Positions 14,766 through 24,000 of a stretch of 24,892 bases of DNA are shown here, piece after piece. The stretch spans positions 1 to 24,892 of the forward strand of contig JAKSOL010000028.1 in assembly GCA_024405635.1 (NCBI GenBank). The letters run 5' to 3'. How positions within the stretch are numbered: position 1 is the first letter of the stretch; every line of letters begins with the position of its first letter. Made by a program: the position numbers and the translations under genes. This DNA is from Salinivirgaceae bacterium (lineage in GTDB: Bacteria; Bacteroidota; Bacteroidia; Bacteroidales; SZUA-534). Under the pieces are notes generated by a model. That model made no database searches, was not told where the DNA came from, and saw only the letters and a program-made list of their open reading frames with translations.

Positions 14766-16082
14766 ATGAAGAAATTCTACATTGAAACATACGGCTGCCA
14801 AATGAATGTAGCCGACAGCGAAGTTGTTGCTTCAATACTTGAAGCCAGCAACCATCAGCATACCAATAACCGCGACGAAGCCGACCTTATACTACTCAAC
14901 ACTTGCTCAATTCGCGACAATGCCGAACAAAAAATTTGGAATAGACTTGAAATGCTAGGTCGCCAAAAAAAGAATGGCTACCCCAAAGTGGGAGTTATTG
15001 GTTGCATGGCCGAGCGTTTGGGCAACGAGCTGCTTGATAATCCTGCAGTTGACCTTGTTGCAGGTCCCGATGCTTATACTAGCGTTCCCGCTTTAGCCGA
15101 AAAAGTTTATGCAGGACAAAAAGCATTGGACACCGAGTTGTCTGAAACCGAAACCTACGCAGGCATTTGCCCTACCCGCATAGCAAACAACGGCATTTCG
15201 GCCTTTGTGAGCATTATGCGCGGCTGCAACAACTTTTGCACATATTGCATTGTACCTTACACTCGTGGCCGCGAACGTAGCCGCGACATTGCCGACATTT
15301 TGAACGAAATGCGCGACCTTGAGCAACGTGGATTTAAAGAAGTCACCCTACTTGGACAAAACGTAAACTCGTATCGATACATAAACAACGGACAAGACAT
15401 TCGTTTTCCACAACTGCTTGAAACAGTTGCACAATCGTTTCCTTCAATACGCATACGTTTTTCAACCAGCCATCCAAAGGACATGGCCGACGAAACTTTG
15501 ATGGTAATTGCAAAATATCCAAACATTTGCAAACACATTCACCTACCAGTGCAAAGTGGCAACAACCGCGTATTGCACGACATGAACCGAAAATACACAC
15601 GCGAGTGGTATCTTGACCGCATAGCTGCCATCAGAAAATATATTCCTGAATGCGCAATTACTACCGATGTGTTCTGCGGTTTTCATAGCGAAACAATTGA
15701 AGAACACCAAGACACACTTAAGCTTATTGAAGAAGTGGCTTTTGACGATGCATTTATGTTCAAATACTCAGAACGACCAGGTACTGTTGCATCGCGCCGA
15801 ATGCCCGATAATATTGCCGAAGAGGAAAAAATTCGCCGTTTGAACGAAATAATTGAACTGCAAAACAAACTATCAGACGCATCAAACAAACGCGATATTG
15901 GACGAGTGTTTGAAGTTTTAGTTGAAGGACGTAGCAAAAAATCGGATAAGGAGCTATGTGGACGCACATCACAAAACAAAATGGTAGTTTTTCCAGATGG
16001 CGGACAAAAACCTGGCGAACTTGCTATAGTTAAAATAAATAGTTGCACATCGGCCACATTAATTGGCGAACTTGTTAAGTAG
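14766..16082 (+). CDS. miaB: tRNA-i6A37 methylthiotransferase MiaB
   Basis: ETYGCQMNVADSE, LNTCSIRDNAE, GCMAERL, GCNNFCTYCIVPYTRGRERSR (radical SAM), LLGQNVNSY, HLPVQSG and C-terminal TRAM domain. Confidence 0.97.
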   Translation: MKKFYIETYGCQMNVADSEVVASILEASNHQHTNNRDEADLILLNTCSIRDNAEQKIWNRLEMLGRQKKNGYPKVGVIGCMAERLGNELLDNPAVDLVAGPDAYTSVPALAEKVYAGQKALDTELSETETYAGICPTRIANNGISAFVSIMRGCNNFCTYCIVPYTRGRERSRDIADILNEMRDLEQRGFKEVTLLGQNVNSYRYINNGQDIRFPQLLETVAQSFPSIRIRFSTSHPKDMADETLMVIAKYPNICKHIHLPVQSGNNRVLHDMNRKYTREWYLDRIAAIRKYIPECAITTDVFCGFHSETIEEHQDTLKLIEEVAFDDAFMFKYSERPGTVASRRMPDNIAEEEKIRRLNEIIELQNKLSDASNKRDIGRVFEVLVEGRSKKSDKELCGRTSQNKMVVFPDGGQKPGELAIVKINSCTSATLIGELVK

Positions 16083-16088
16083 TTAATA

Positions 16089-17258
16089 ATGCTTGCATTG
16101 TTTGAAAAACAACAACCATTGGTTGTTAAAACGTGGGCATTTTTAACCTATGCCTCGTTTGCTGTATTCATGACCTATTTTTACGTTTACTTAAGTGGCG
16201 AAAAAGGTTTATCGGCAGTTGAAGTTGGCGCTATTGCAGCCTTACAACAACTTAACACCATATTTGTAGCACCAATTTGGGGAATTCTTGCCGACCGATT
16301 TGGCCGCAAACGCATCATTCTAGTTTCGATGCTTGCAACTGCAGCCATATACCCAATTTTCACCCTACCAAACTCGTTTGCTTTCACATTGGCAGCCATT
16401 GTGCTTTTTACGCTATTCTACAATCCTATTGCCTCGTTGCTCGATACAATTGCAATTGATTTTGAAGAACAAACACAAGGCAAAACTCCATACGGAGTAA
16501 CTAGGTTATGGTCGTCAGTTGGTTGGGCGGTTGCAACTGCAATTGCTGGAGTTTTTATAAACAACAACATCATTCCACTTAAAAGCATATTTGTAATATC
16601 AACACTTATAATGGTTGCAGCATCGTTAGTTATGTTGCTTGCTTACAAACCACTAACCATTAAAAGCAGCCTTAAACAATCTCAAGGAAAAGAAATAGTT
16701 CACGTATTGCAATTGAGCCAAAACCTACGACGTTTCTTGGCTCTAGTATTTATCTATAGTTTGTTTGCTTCGCCATGCTTTGTTATTATGAACGTGTTTT
16801 ACGACGACATAAATGCACCAAGCAACATATTGGGCGCAGCATACGCAGTTCAAGCGGTTAGCGAAGTGCCTTTCTTCTTTTTTGCCAATCGACTAGTTAA
16901 CCGTTTTGGAGCCAAAAAACTTTTCATTTTCTGCATGATTGCCACTGCAACACGAATGTTGATTTACGGACTCACTGGCAATGCAATAATATCGGTTTGT
17001 GCAGGCGCTCTGCATGGTGTTACTTTCGGCCTTTACATGGTGTCGATGATTGCTTTTGTGCATCAAATTGTACCAAAAGAACTGCGCTCAACTGGACAAT
17101 CGCTTATTTATATGTTTTATTACGGAGGTGTAAGTTTAGGTTCGTTCCTAATTGGTTGGCTACACAATTACACAAGCATGACAAATGCTATGATTATGAC
17201 AGGAACATGTATGGTTGTTTTTGCCTTTTTGAGCATTGCAACAACCAATAAAAACTAA
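16089..17258 (+). CDS. Major facilitator superfamily transporter (MFS_1_like / LacY-nucleoside symporter-like)
   Basis: 389 aa, ~12 hydrophobic segments; WGILADRFGRKR (motif A), YG.TRLW.S.GW, SEVPFF, GALHG.TFG, LRSTGQ. Confidence 0.92.
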   Translation: MLALFEKQQPLVVKTWAFLTYASFAVFMTYFYVYLSGEKGLSAVEVGAIAALQQLNTIFVAPIWGILADRFGRKRIILVSMLATAAIYPIFTLPNSFAFTLAAIVLFTLFYNPIASLLDTIAIDFEEQTQGKTPYGVTRLWSSVGWAVATAIAGVFINNNIIPLKSIFVISTLIMVAASLVMLLAYKPLTIKSSLKQSQGKEIVHVLQLSQNLRRFLALVFIYSLFASPCFVIMNVFYDDINAPSNILGAAYAVQAVSEVPFFFFANRLVNRFGAKKLFIFCMIATATRMLIYGLTGNAIISVCAGALHGVTFGLYMVSMIAFVHQIVPKELRSTGQSLIYMFYYGGVSLGSFLIGWLHNYTSMTNAMIMTGTCMVVFAFLSIATTNKN

Positions 17259-17272
17259 TAAGCCCCCTCTCC

Positions 17273-17323
17273 AAAAAAACAAACGGCATTACACTCAATG
17301 GATTAACTCAAGTGCAATGCCGT
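17273..17323 (-). terminator. Terminator hairpin between convergent operons
   Basis: ACGGCATTACACT (17283-17295) / AGTGCAATGCCGT (17311-17323); fully paired with one G-U on the minus strand, followed by TTGTTTTTT. Confidence 0.75.
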
Positions 17324-17353
17324 AAAAGTAAATAAGTCTTAAAAAGTATCCGC

Positions 17354-18040
17354 TTACGCTTTAACCTTCTGTTGAACGTTTTCGTGTTCTTTTTTCACAT
17401 CAAGAATGTAAAAACGAGTACCTGTCATTGATTTATGAGCCTCAAAACCCATGTTTTTTAAATAACGCACATGACCTTTTGAACCTGCATAGGTATAAAT
17501 ACGATTAAAGCCTCGCTCAATAAACATTGGCAATTGGTCGCGGAAAATGTGCTTTCCAGATCGCATATCGCGATACTGAGGGGTAACATAATCAAGATCG
17601 ATAAACAAACTGCCAGCGTTGTAAGTATGAGCAATAAACACACCTGAAACAACCATATCGCGTAATACAAAGAACGATAGCATTTCGGTTTCGTCTTTAT
17701 CGAGTTTAAAGTTTGGGAAATGGCTGCGAATATCGCTCTTATAGTGGTTCAAAAACGATAACAACATTGGATCGTTATTCATTACTGGTACAATCTCAAT
17801 TTTGTCTGATTTTGTTCGGCATAGTTTAATCACTTGCACAATATTTACTATTGCAGTTGCAAAGTTGAGCAATGCAACAGGATACGCACCAATGGCAATA
17901 CCATAAACCACAAACACAAATGATCCAATTACATTAAAAATACGGAGTTTAAGCACCGACTTCATAAGCATCGATACCAAAACCAATACCGAAGCCAAGT
18001 ATCCAATAATTGACCAAAAACTTAAATCAAGCCATTCCAT
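17354..18040 (-). CDS. Membrane protein: YgjV-like N-terminal TM domain plus GNAT-like C-terminal domain
   Basis: About 3 TM segments (IIGYLASVLVLVSMLMKSVLKLRIFNVIGS..F..YG..IGAYPVALLN), then a soluble domain with FIDLDYVTPQYRDMRSGKHIF and YLKNMGF resembling GNAT motifs A and B. Confidence 0.7.
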   Translation of the reverse strand: MEWLDLSFWSIIGYLASVLVLVSMLMKSVLKLRIFNVIGSFVFVVYGIAIGAYPVALLNFATAIVNIVQVIKLCRTKSDKIEIVPVMNNDPMLLSFLNHYKSDIRSHFPNFKLDKDETEMLSFFVLRDMVVSGVFIAHTYNAGSLFIDLDYVTPQYRDMRSGKHIFRDQLPMFIERGFNRIYTYAGSKGHVRYLKNMGFEAHKSMTGTRFYILDVKKEHENVQQKVKA

Positions 18041-18060
18041 AGTTATAATAATAAAGGTTG

Positions 18061-19395
18061 TTATTCGTTTTTACTATCAGTAGCATCAACAATTTGAGTT
18101 TCTGCAACTATCTCAACCATAGTTTGTTCGTCAACTGTTGACTCATTCTGTTCTGTAATTATCTCATCGTTGTTTTTGTCGCACGAGAACACAAATTTAT
18201 AAAAGCGATTCACAAAAGGAATTCGCATTATTGGTACAAGACACGATGTTGCTGTAATGCTTAGCAACACAACGTAATAAACAATTGACTGCATTTGCGA
18301 ACCTTCGGCAACGCCATATTGCAAAGGTAATCCAGCCAAAACAGCCGCAGCCAATCCTTTGGGCACCATAATAGTCATAATGGTTTTTTCGTACCAATGA
18401 AAATGTTCTTTCACCAAAAAACGAATTGTTACAAAGCGAGCTACATAAATAACAAATACCAATATCAGTGCTATTAAAAAACTGTGTATATCGTTAAATG
18501 GTATTGATATACCCAAATAGATAAAGAAATATGTTTTTAGCAAAAAAACCACCTCTTTATACAATCGACGTTCGAAATTGGTAATAATACCTTCAGGTAA
18601 TTTTTGCAGAACCTTGTATGGCAATTTGCTGAACGAGTTGTAGTTACCAAGTACAATACCAAATGCCAACGATGCAATTGCGCCACTGTAACCAATGTAT
18701 TCGGCAACACCGTAAACCACAAGCATAAAAGCCATTGTGGTAAACTGTGTGTTTGGAAAACTCATTACCCAACCCATTATTCGCAACCAAAACAAACCAG
18801 CTCCAGCGCCAATAACCGATGCCAACACAAGCGATGAGATAAGTGAACCTATAATTTTGCCGGGCTCAACAATACCAGTGTTAAAACTGCTTAAAAAGCT
18901 AATTGCAAACACAATACAAAGCACATCGGTAAGGGCCGACTCAAGAATAAGTATAGTGCTTGGGCCTTTGCTCATGTTGAGCATACCCACCATTGGCATA
19001 ACCACTGCCGACGATGTGCCGCCAACAATAAAACCTAGAGTAAATGCAATAATCCACTGATAATGAAAAGCAAAGCGCATTATCAGTCCAACTATAATTG
19101 CCGTTATTAAAAAGAACGTAACCGTTAGTTTTGCCGATGTACGCATCGATCCTCGTATTGCCGACAACTCAAGATTTAAACCTCCCTCAAACAAAATCAC
19201 AATCAATGCAACAGATGTTAACACCTGTCCCAAAACGCCAAAACTACTTACTGATGCAATTCCAAAAATAGGCCCAATCAAAATACCTACTATAATAAGT
19301 ATCAGCACATCAGGTATTCGCGTTTTATTAAAAAATACGGTTAAGTAGTGCGAAAAGAAATACAACAAACCGATGCAAATGATTGTAACTTCCAT
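18061..19395 (-). CDS. Cation:proton antiporter (CPA1/NhaP-like)
   Basis: 444 aa, highly hydrophobic; RIPDVLILIIVGILIGP, VILFEGGL, GGTSSAVV, LILESALTD, PKGLAAAVLA; acidic tail. Confidence 0.9.
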   Translation of the reverse strand: MEVTIICIGLLYFFSHYLTVFFNKTRIPDVLILIIVGILIGPIFGIASVSSFGVLGQVLTSVALIVILFEGGLNLELSAIRGSMRTSAKLTVTFFLITAIIVGLIMRFAFHYQWIIAFTLGFIVGGTSSAVVMPMVGMLNMSKGPSTILILESALTDVLCIVFAISFLSSFNTGIVEPGKIIGSLISSLVLASVIGAGAGLFWLRIMGWVMSFPNTQFTTMAFMLVVYGVAEYIGYSGAIASLAFGIVLGNYNSFSKLPYKVLQKLPEGIITNFERRLYKEVVFLLKTYFFIYLGISIPFNDIHSFLIALILVFVIYVARFVTIRFLVKEHFHWYEKTIMTIMVPKGLAAAVLAGLPLQYGVAEGSQMQSIVYYVVLLSITATSCLVPIMRIPFVNRFYKFVFSCDKNNDEIITEQNESTVDEQTMVEIVAETQIVDATDSKNE

Positions 19396-19409
19396 AAGGC
19401 TTTTTATGA

Positions 19410-20771
19410 TTATTTAAGCACAGCAACTAACTCATCGGCCGACAACGATTGTTGTTCGCCGGTTTCCATGTTCTTTAATGTGAGTTTACCTTGTTGCATC
19501 TCCTCTTCACCTACCATTACAACAAATGGCATTTGACGAGCATTTGCGTAACTCATTTGCTTTTTCATTTTTGCAGGCTCTGGATATATTTCACAGCCAA
19601 TACCCTCGGCACGCAATTTTGCAATTACAGGCATACACCATTTTTGCTCGGTTAAACCAAAATTCACAAACAATACTTTTGTTGATTGCGATGCAGATTT
19701 TGGATACAAATCCAATTGCTCAAGCACATCGTAGATGCGGTCGGCACCAAACGAAATGCCAACACCTGAAACGCCAGGCATACCAAATATACCTGTTAAA
19801 TCGTCGTAACGACCACCACCAGTAATTGAACCTATTTGCACATCAAGTGCCTTAACTTCAAAAATGGCACCAGTATAGTAGTTCAAACCACGAGCTAATG
19901 TCAAATCGAGTTCAACTGGAGTTTGCAAGCCAAGAGGTTCTAGCCAATCGAACACTGTTTTTAGTTCCTCAACTCCTTTTAATCCAACCTCGCTAGTTGC
20001 AAGCACTTGTGCAATTTGCTCCAACTTCTCGTTGTTATTACCACTTAGTTTCAAAATTGGCTGAAGTTGATCAACTGCCGATTGTGGCAAACCTTTGCTC
20101 AACAATTCCTCGTTAACGTTGTCGAGACCGATTTTTTCAAGTTTATCAATTGCTACTGTAATGTCAGTAATCTTGTCGGGTTGACCAATAACTTGAGCAA
20201 TGCCTGCAAGAATTTTGCGGTTGTTAATTTTAAGCACCACCCTAATTCCCAAACGTTTGTAAACATCGTTCACAATTTGGATAAGTTCAACTTCGTTAAG
20301 TAACGAGTCGCTACCAACCACATCAACATCGCATTGATAAAACTCGCGATAACGACCTTTTTGTGGTTTATCGGCACGCCAAACAGGCTGAACTTGATAG
20401 CGTTTAAATGGGAATTGCAACTCGTTGCGATGTTGAACAACAAATCGCGCAAAAGGCACTGTTAAATCGTAACGCAAACCTTTTTCGGCTATTTTGGTTG
20501 TAACCTTTACCGAGTCTTTATCGGCAAGCAACTGACCATCAACATGTTGCAAATAGTCGCCCGAATTAAGTATTTTAAAAAGAAGTTTATCGCCCTCCTC
20601 GCCATACTTACCCATTAGGGTTGAAAGATTTTCGGTAGCTGGAGTTTCAATTGGCTGAAAACCATATAGTTTAAAAACGCTTTTTATTGTATCGAAAATA
20701 TAATTGCGCTTAACCATTTCCAATGGTCCAAAGTCGCGTGTTCCTTTCGGAATGGAAGGTTGTTGTGGCAT
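19410..20771 (-). CDS. hisS: Histidine--tRNA ligase
   Basis: [65 protein letters not shown] and C-terminal anticodon-binding domain. Confidence 0.98.
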   Translation of the reverse strand: MPQQPSIPKGTRDFGPLEMVKRNYIFDTIKSVFKLYGFQPIETPATENLSTLMGKYGEEGDKLLFKILNSGDYLQHVDGQLLADKDSVKVTTKIAEKGLRYDLTVPFARFVVQHRNELQFPFKRYQVQPVWRADKPQKGRYREFYQCDVDVVGSDSLLNEVELIQIVNDVYKRLGIRVVLKINNRKILAGIAQVIGQPDKITDITVAIDKLEKIGLDNVNEELLSKGLPQSAVDQLQPILKLSGNNNEKLEQIAQVLATSEVGLKGVEELKTVFDWLEPLGLQTPVELDLTLARGLNYYTGAIFEVKALDVQIGSITGGGRYDDLTGIFGMPGVSGVGISFGADRIYDVLEQLDLYPKSASQSTKVLFVNFGLTEQKWCMPVIAKLRAEGIGCEIYPEPAKMKKQMSYANARQMPFVVMVGEEEMQQGKLTLKNMETGEQQSLSADELVAVLK

Positions 20772-20796
20772 TTATGTTACTTTTTAATAATATGTG

Positions 20797-20804
20797 CAAA
20801 AGTA
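20797..20804 (-). promoter_or_regulatory. Bacteroidetes -7 promoter element for the hisS operon
   Basis: Minus strand TACTTTTG (TAnnTTTG), 25 nt upstream of the hisS ATG. Confidence 0.6.
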
Positions 20805-21070
20805 ATAAAGTAGTTGGATTTGTTTGCCACGATTGCAACCACATGTTCATTTAGTACAACCTATTAAGTTGCTTCAAATTGCAGTTTAAACTTATATCTC
20901 ATTTTTGTTTTAGCCTCAGCAATGACTTGTCAAACTTTTAGTAGTTTGTAATTGTGGAAAGTTGTTTTTTACCATTTAACCAACTTGTTTGAACTACATG
21001 CAGATTTTATAACATCCATGCATACAATAGTATATGCAAATTATTATGTTACAACAACATTATCTTTATT

Positions 21071-24000
21071 CTATTTTTTCAAAACCAAATCCACAAGCAA
21101 TACCGCATGTTCTTTTTCATCACGTGGAGCATCTTTAGGACGCCAAGCAACAATAAAACGTATGCTAGCATTTGATACTTGATATTTTTTTTCACTCCAT
21201 GAAACTAGTTCAGTTTGCATTTTTTGGGATAACTGAGCAACTGGCATATTAGTATTTTGAGTAAAGAGACAGTTATTATCATATCGCAATTGTTCGCCTG
21301 CTCGTAATGCAAGAACTTCATTTTTTCGCGTTTTGAAAAAACCTAAGTTTACATCTTTGTGTGATAACTGAAGGGCTATTTCATCTGGCATTTCATATTG
21401 ATGCGAATCTACAATCTGTAGATCTGCTGGCAATTTGTCAAAAATTGAAGAATTTGTGTGAATAAATAGTCGCTGTTTGGCTCGCGTCATACCAACATAA
21501 TAACGATGTAGTTCATCATCAGTGATATGAGATGGTTGCGTAACAAGCATATATACGTCATCAAACTCACGCCCTTTCGACTTGTGGATGGTAGATACTA
21601 CAACATCCGCACCGGACAGATTGCAAAAATCTTCTACAGATGATTCAAAGACGAACTCTTTGAAGTCGGTAAGATACTTTGCCTTGTTGGTCTCCTCAAA
21701 TAGTTCAATACAACGCTTGAGGTAATGAAGACTTTCGGAGGCGGCGTAAGCTTCGTATGTCTTTCGCTTCGCATTCTCCCAAACATCATCGGCAATCAGA
21801 GGCGTGCGCGTTTGGCCTTCGATGTACTTTAGGAACAGACGCACTTCAGCCATATTCCAGAAACGGAAGCCATCCATGCTCTGGATGAGTTTGCTTTGTA
21901 GGCCGTGCTTTCGCAATAACGCCACAAGAATTACGGCTTCTTCGTTAGTTTGAGTGAGCACACACATAGTGCCTTTACCACGATTCTGCAAGAGATTGCG
22001 CACCAAAGGCTCGTACATGTAAGTGGAGGAATGATGAACCACTCCGACGTAGCCATATTCCTTACTCATCGAGACAATAGGCGAGTTCTTCATTCTGTCG
22101 CGGATGCCCTTGACAAAGAGATTGGCATAATTGACAATTTGCTTAGCACTTCGGTAGTTCTCCGTCATCTCCACCATGCGTCCGTCAGACTCCCTCAGCA
22201 ACTGAGCCATGTACTGCGAATTAGAACCGCGGAACTCATAGATATTCTGATCGTCATCGCCCACGGCTATCACGCGCATCTCTTCATTAGCGTTCATCAA
22301 GGCTCGCACCAACGTGTATTCCTCCGAACTCATATCCTGGGCTTCATCTATCACAAGCACCGTCTTGGCGATGCGATTTGGCTCTACCTCACCCTCGCTA
22401 ATCATCTGTGCAGCACGCGATACCACATTCTTTGCATCGTCAAGATTACCTATTCGTCCGAGGAGGTCGAAGCAATAGGAATGGAATGTCTTGATCTCCA
22501 CAAAATGTGCAGCATTGCCGATAAGGCCCATCAGTCGTTGCTTGAACTCGATGGCTGCTGCCCGCGAGAAGGTGAGCATCAACAGCTGCTCATGCTTAAC
22601 ATCCTCAAGCAAAAGCAACGAGGCTAGTTTATGCACCAAGACACGCGTTTTGCCACTACCAGGACCGGCAGCCACAACGATGCAACGTGACTCCTTGTCG
22701 GAGATTATCTCCATCTGTTTCGGTGACAAAGCACCAAATAGCTGATCATATTTCTCTGGTGTAACGTTGCGTTCAATTTCCTGCAGACGGTTTCCCTTGA
22801 AGTATTTCGCCACAAAACGCTTGTAATCCATTTGGAAATAATCCTGCACATACCGGAGGGCTGCATCATAGTCGCGTACCATTAGGTTGGCATATTCTCC
22901 CACAATGTGCACCTGTTGAATCTTTTGCTTGTAAAACTCATTCAGCATACGATAGTCGTCTTGCTTGTAACGCAAGCGATTATCCTTGATGCGGCGAATG
23001 TCCATGGCGTTGTAGAGCACAAGAAATCCGCCTTCCAGTTTCAACGCACCAATCTTTGACAGGTAGAGCAATGCCTCCTCCACATCTTCCAACTGCACGT
23101 CTTGTAAAACACCAAATAAATTTTGGTTTTGCAGTTTCAAATCGTGAAGCAATTCAACTATAGAAAAATGAATACCATTTTTTTGCGATTCCTCTGACGT
23201 TGTTTGCGATAGAAGTTTATACATCCATTCAATAGCAAAACGACAGATTTCCAATCGTTTTTCAGCGCGTTTTAGAGTAGCCTCAACACTTGCCATACGC
23301 TTCACTTCTAAATTATGTGCAGCATCTTCCTTTTTGCGGGTATATCCCTTTACGGTTAGGAAATAAAGTAACGTGCGGATATCTTTTTCTGTAGAAGTTG
23401 TAATGCCTTCGTTTTGTGCATTATCATTCAGTTGCTTGCAAGAGATACGGAGCGCATCATCGGGTATGTTGTTCAGAATGTATCGCTCTAGTTTAGTGAA
23501 TCGCTCCAAAAGTCTCTTTGACTTATTCTCCGACTCACCTGCATCATTCAGATAAGCCGACATATCTTTTGTATCTGCCAAGATACCTTCCTGGCGCATG
23601 CGTTCTACAGCAGAAACCACCTCCCATTTATTCAAACCGAGGATATCTGCAAGATAATCAACGCGCGACTCTGCCTCCGCATCTTGTGCCTTTGCAATAT
23701 GTTTCTGTGAAATCAGCGATTTGATAATGCGCACGGATTTCTCCACCTCCTCATTCTCAAAGAGCAACGATTCCGTAATACGCTTACGTGCCTCGTCCAT
23801 ATTCTTCACCGTAATGCCGGTGGCATAAACATGAGGCACATTATTTCCGCGCTCAAGATAACCGGCCTGCTCAAGGGCAGACAAAGCTGTTCGCACACGC
23901 GTCTCGATGTCCGAAACAGAATCGTCCCAACCTGCCTTTCGTGCAATCTCCAATGCTGAACAGCATGCGCGCATTCGCAGTTTGGTCATTTCCTTAACAG

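Noticed and set aside
21027-21054. dif-like XerCD site (TTATGTTACAA; similar TTATGTTAATT at 12270)
   Set aside because: Only a XerD-like half is present, with no XerC arm ending in ATAA 6 bp upstream.
21950-22627. 225-aa plus-strand ORF
   Set aside because: It is a codon-aligned antisense shadow of the conserved UvrD domain with no independent motifs.
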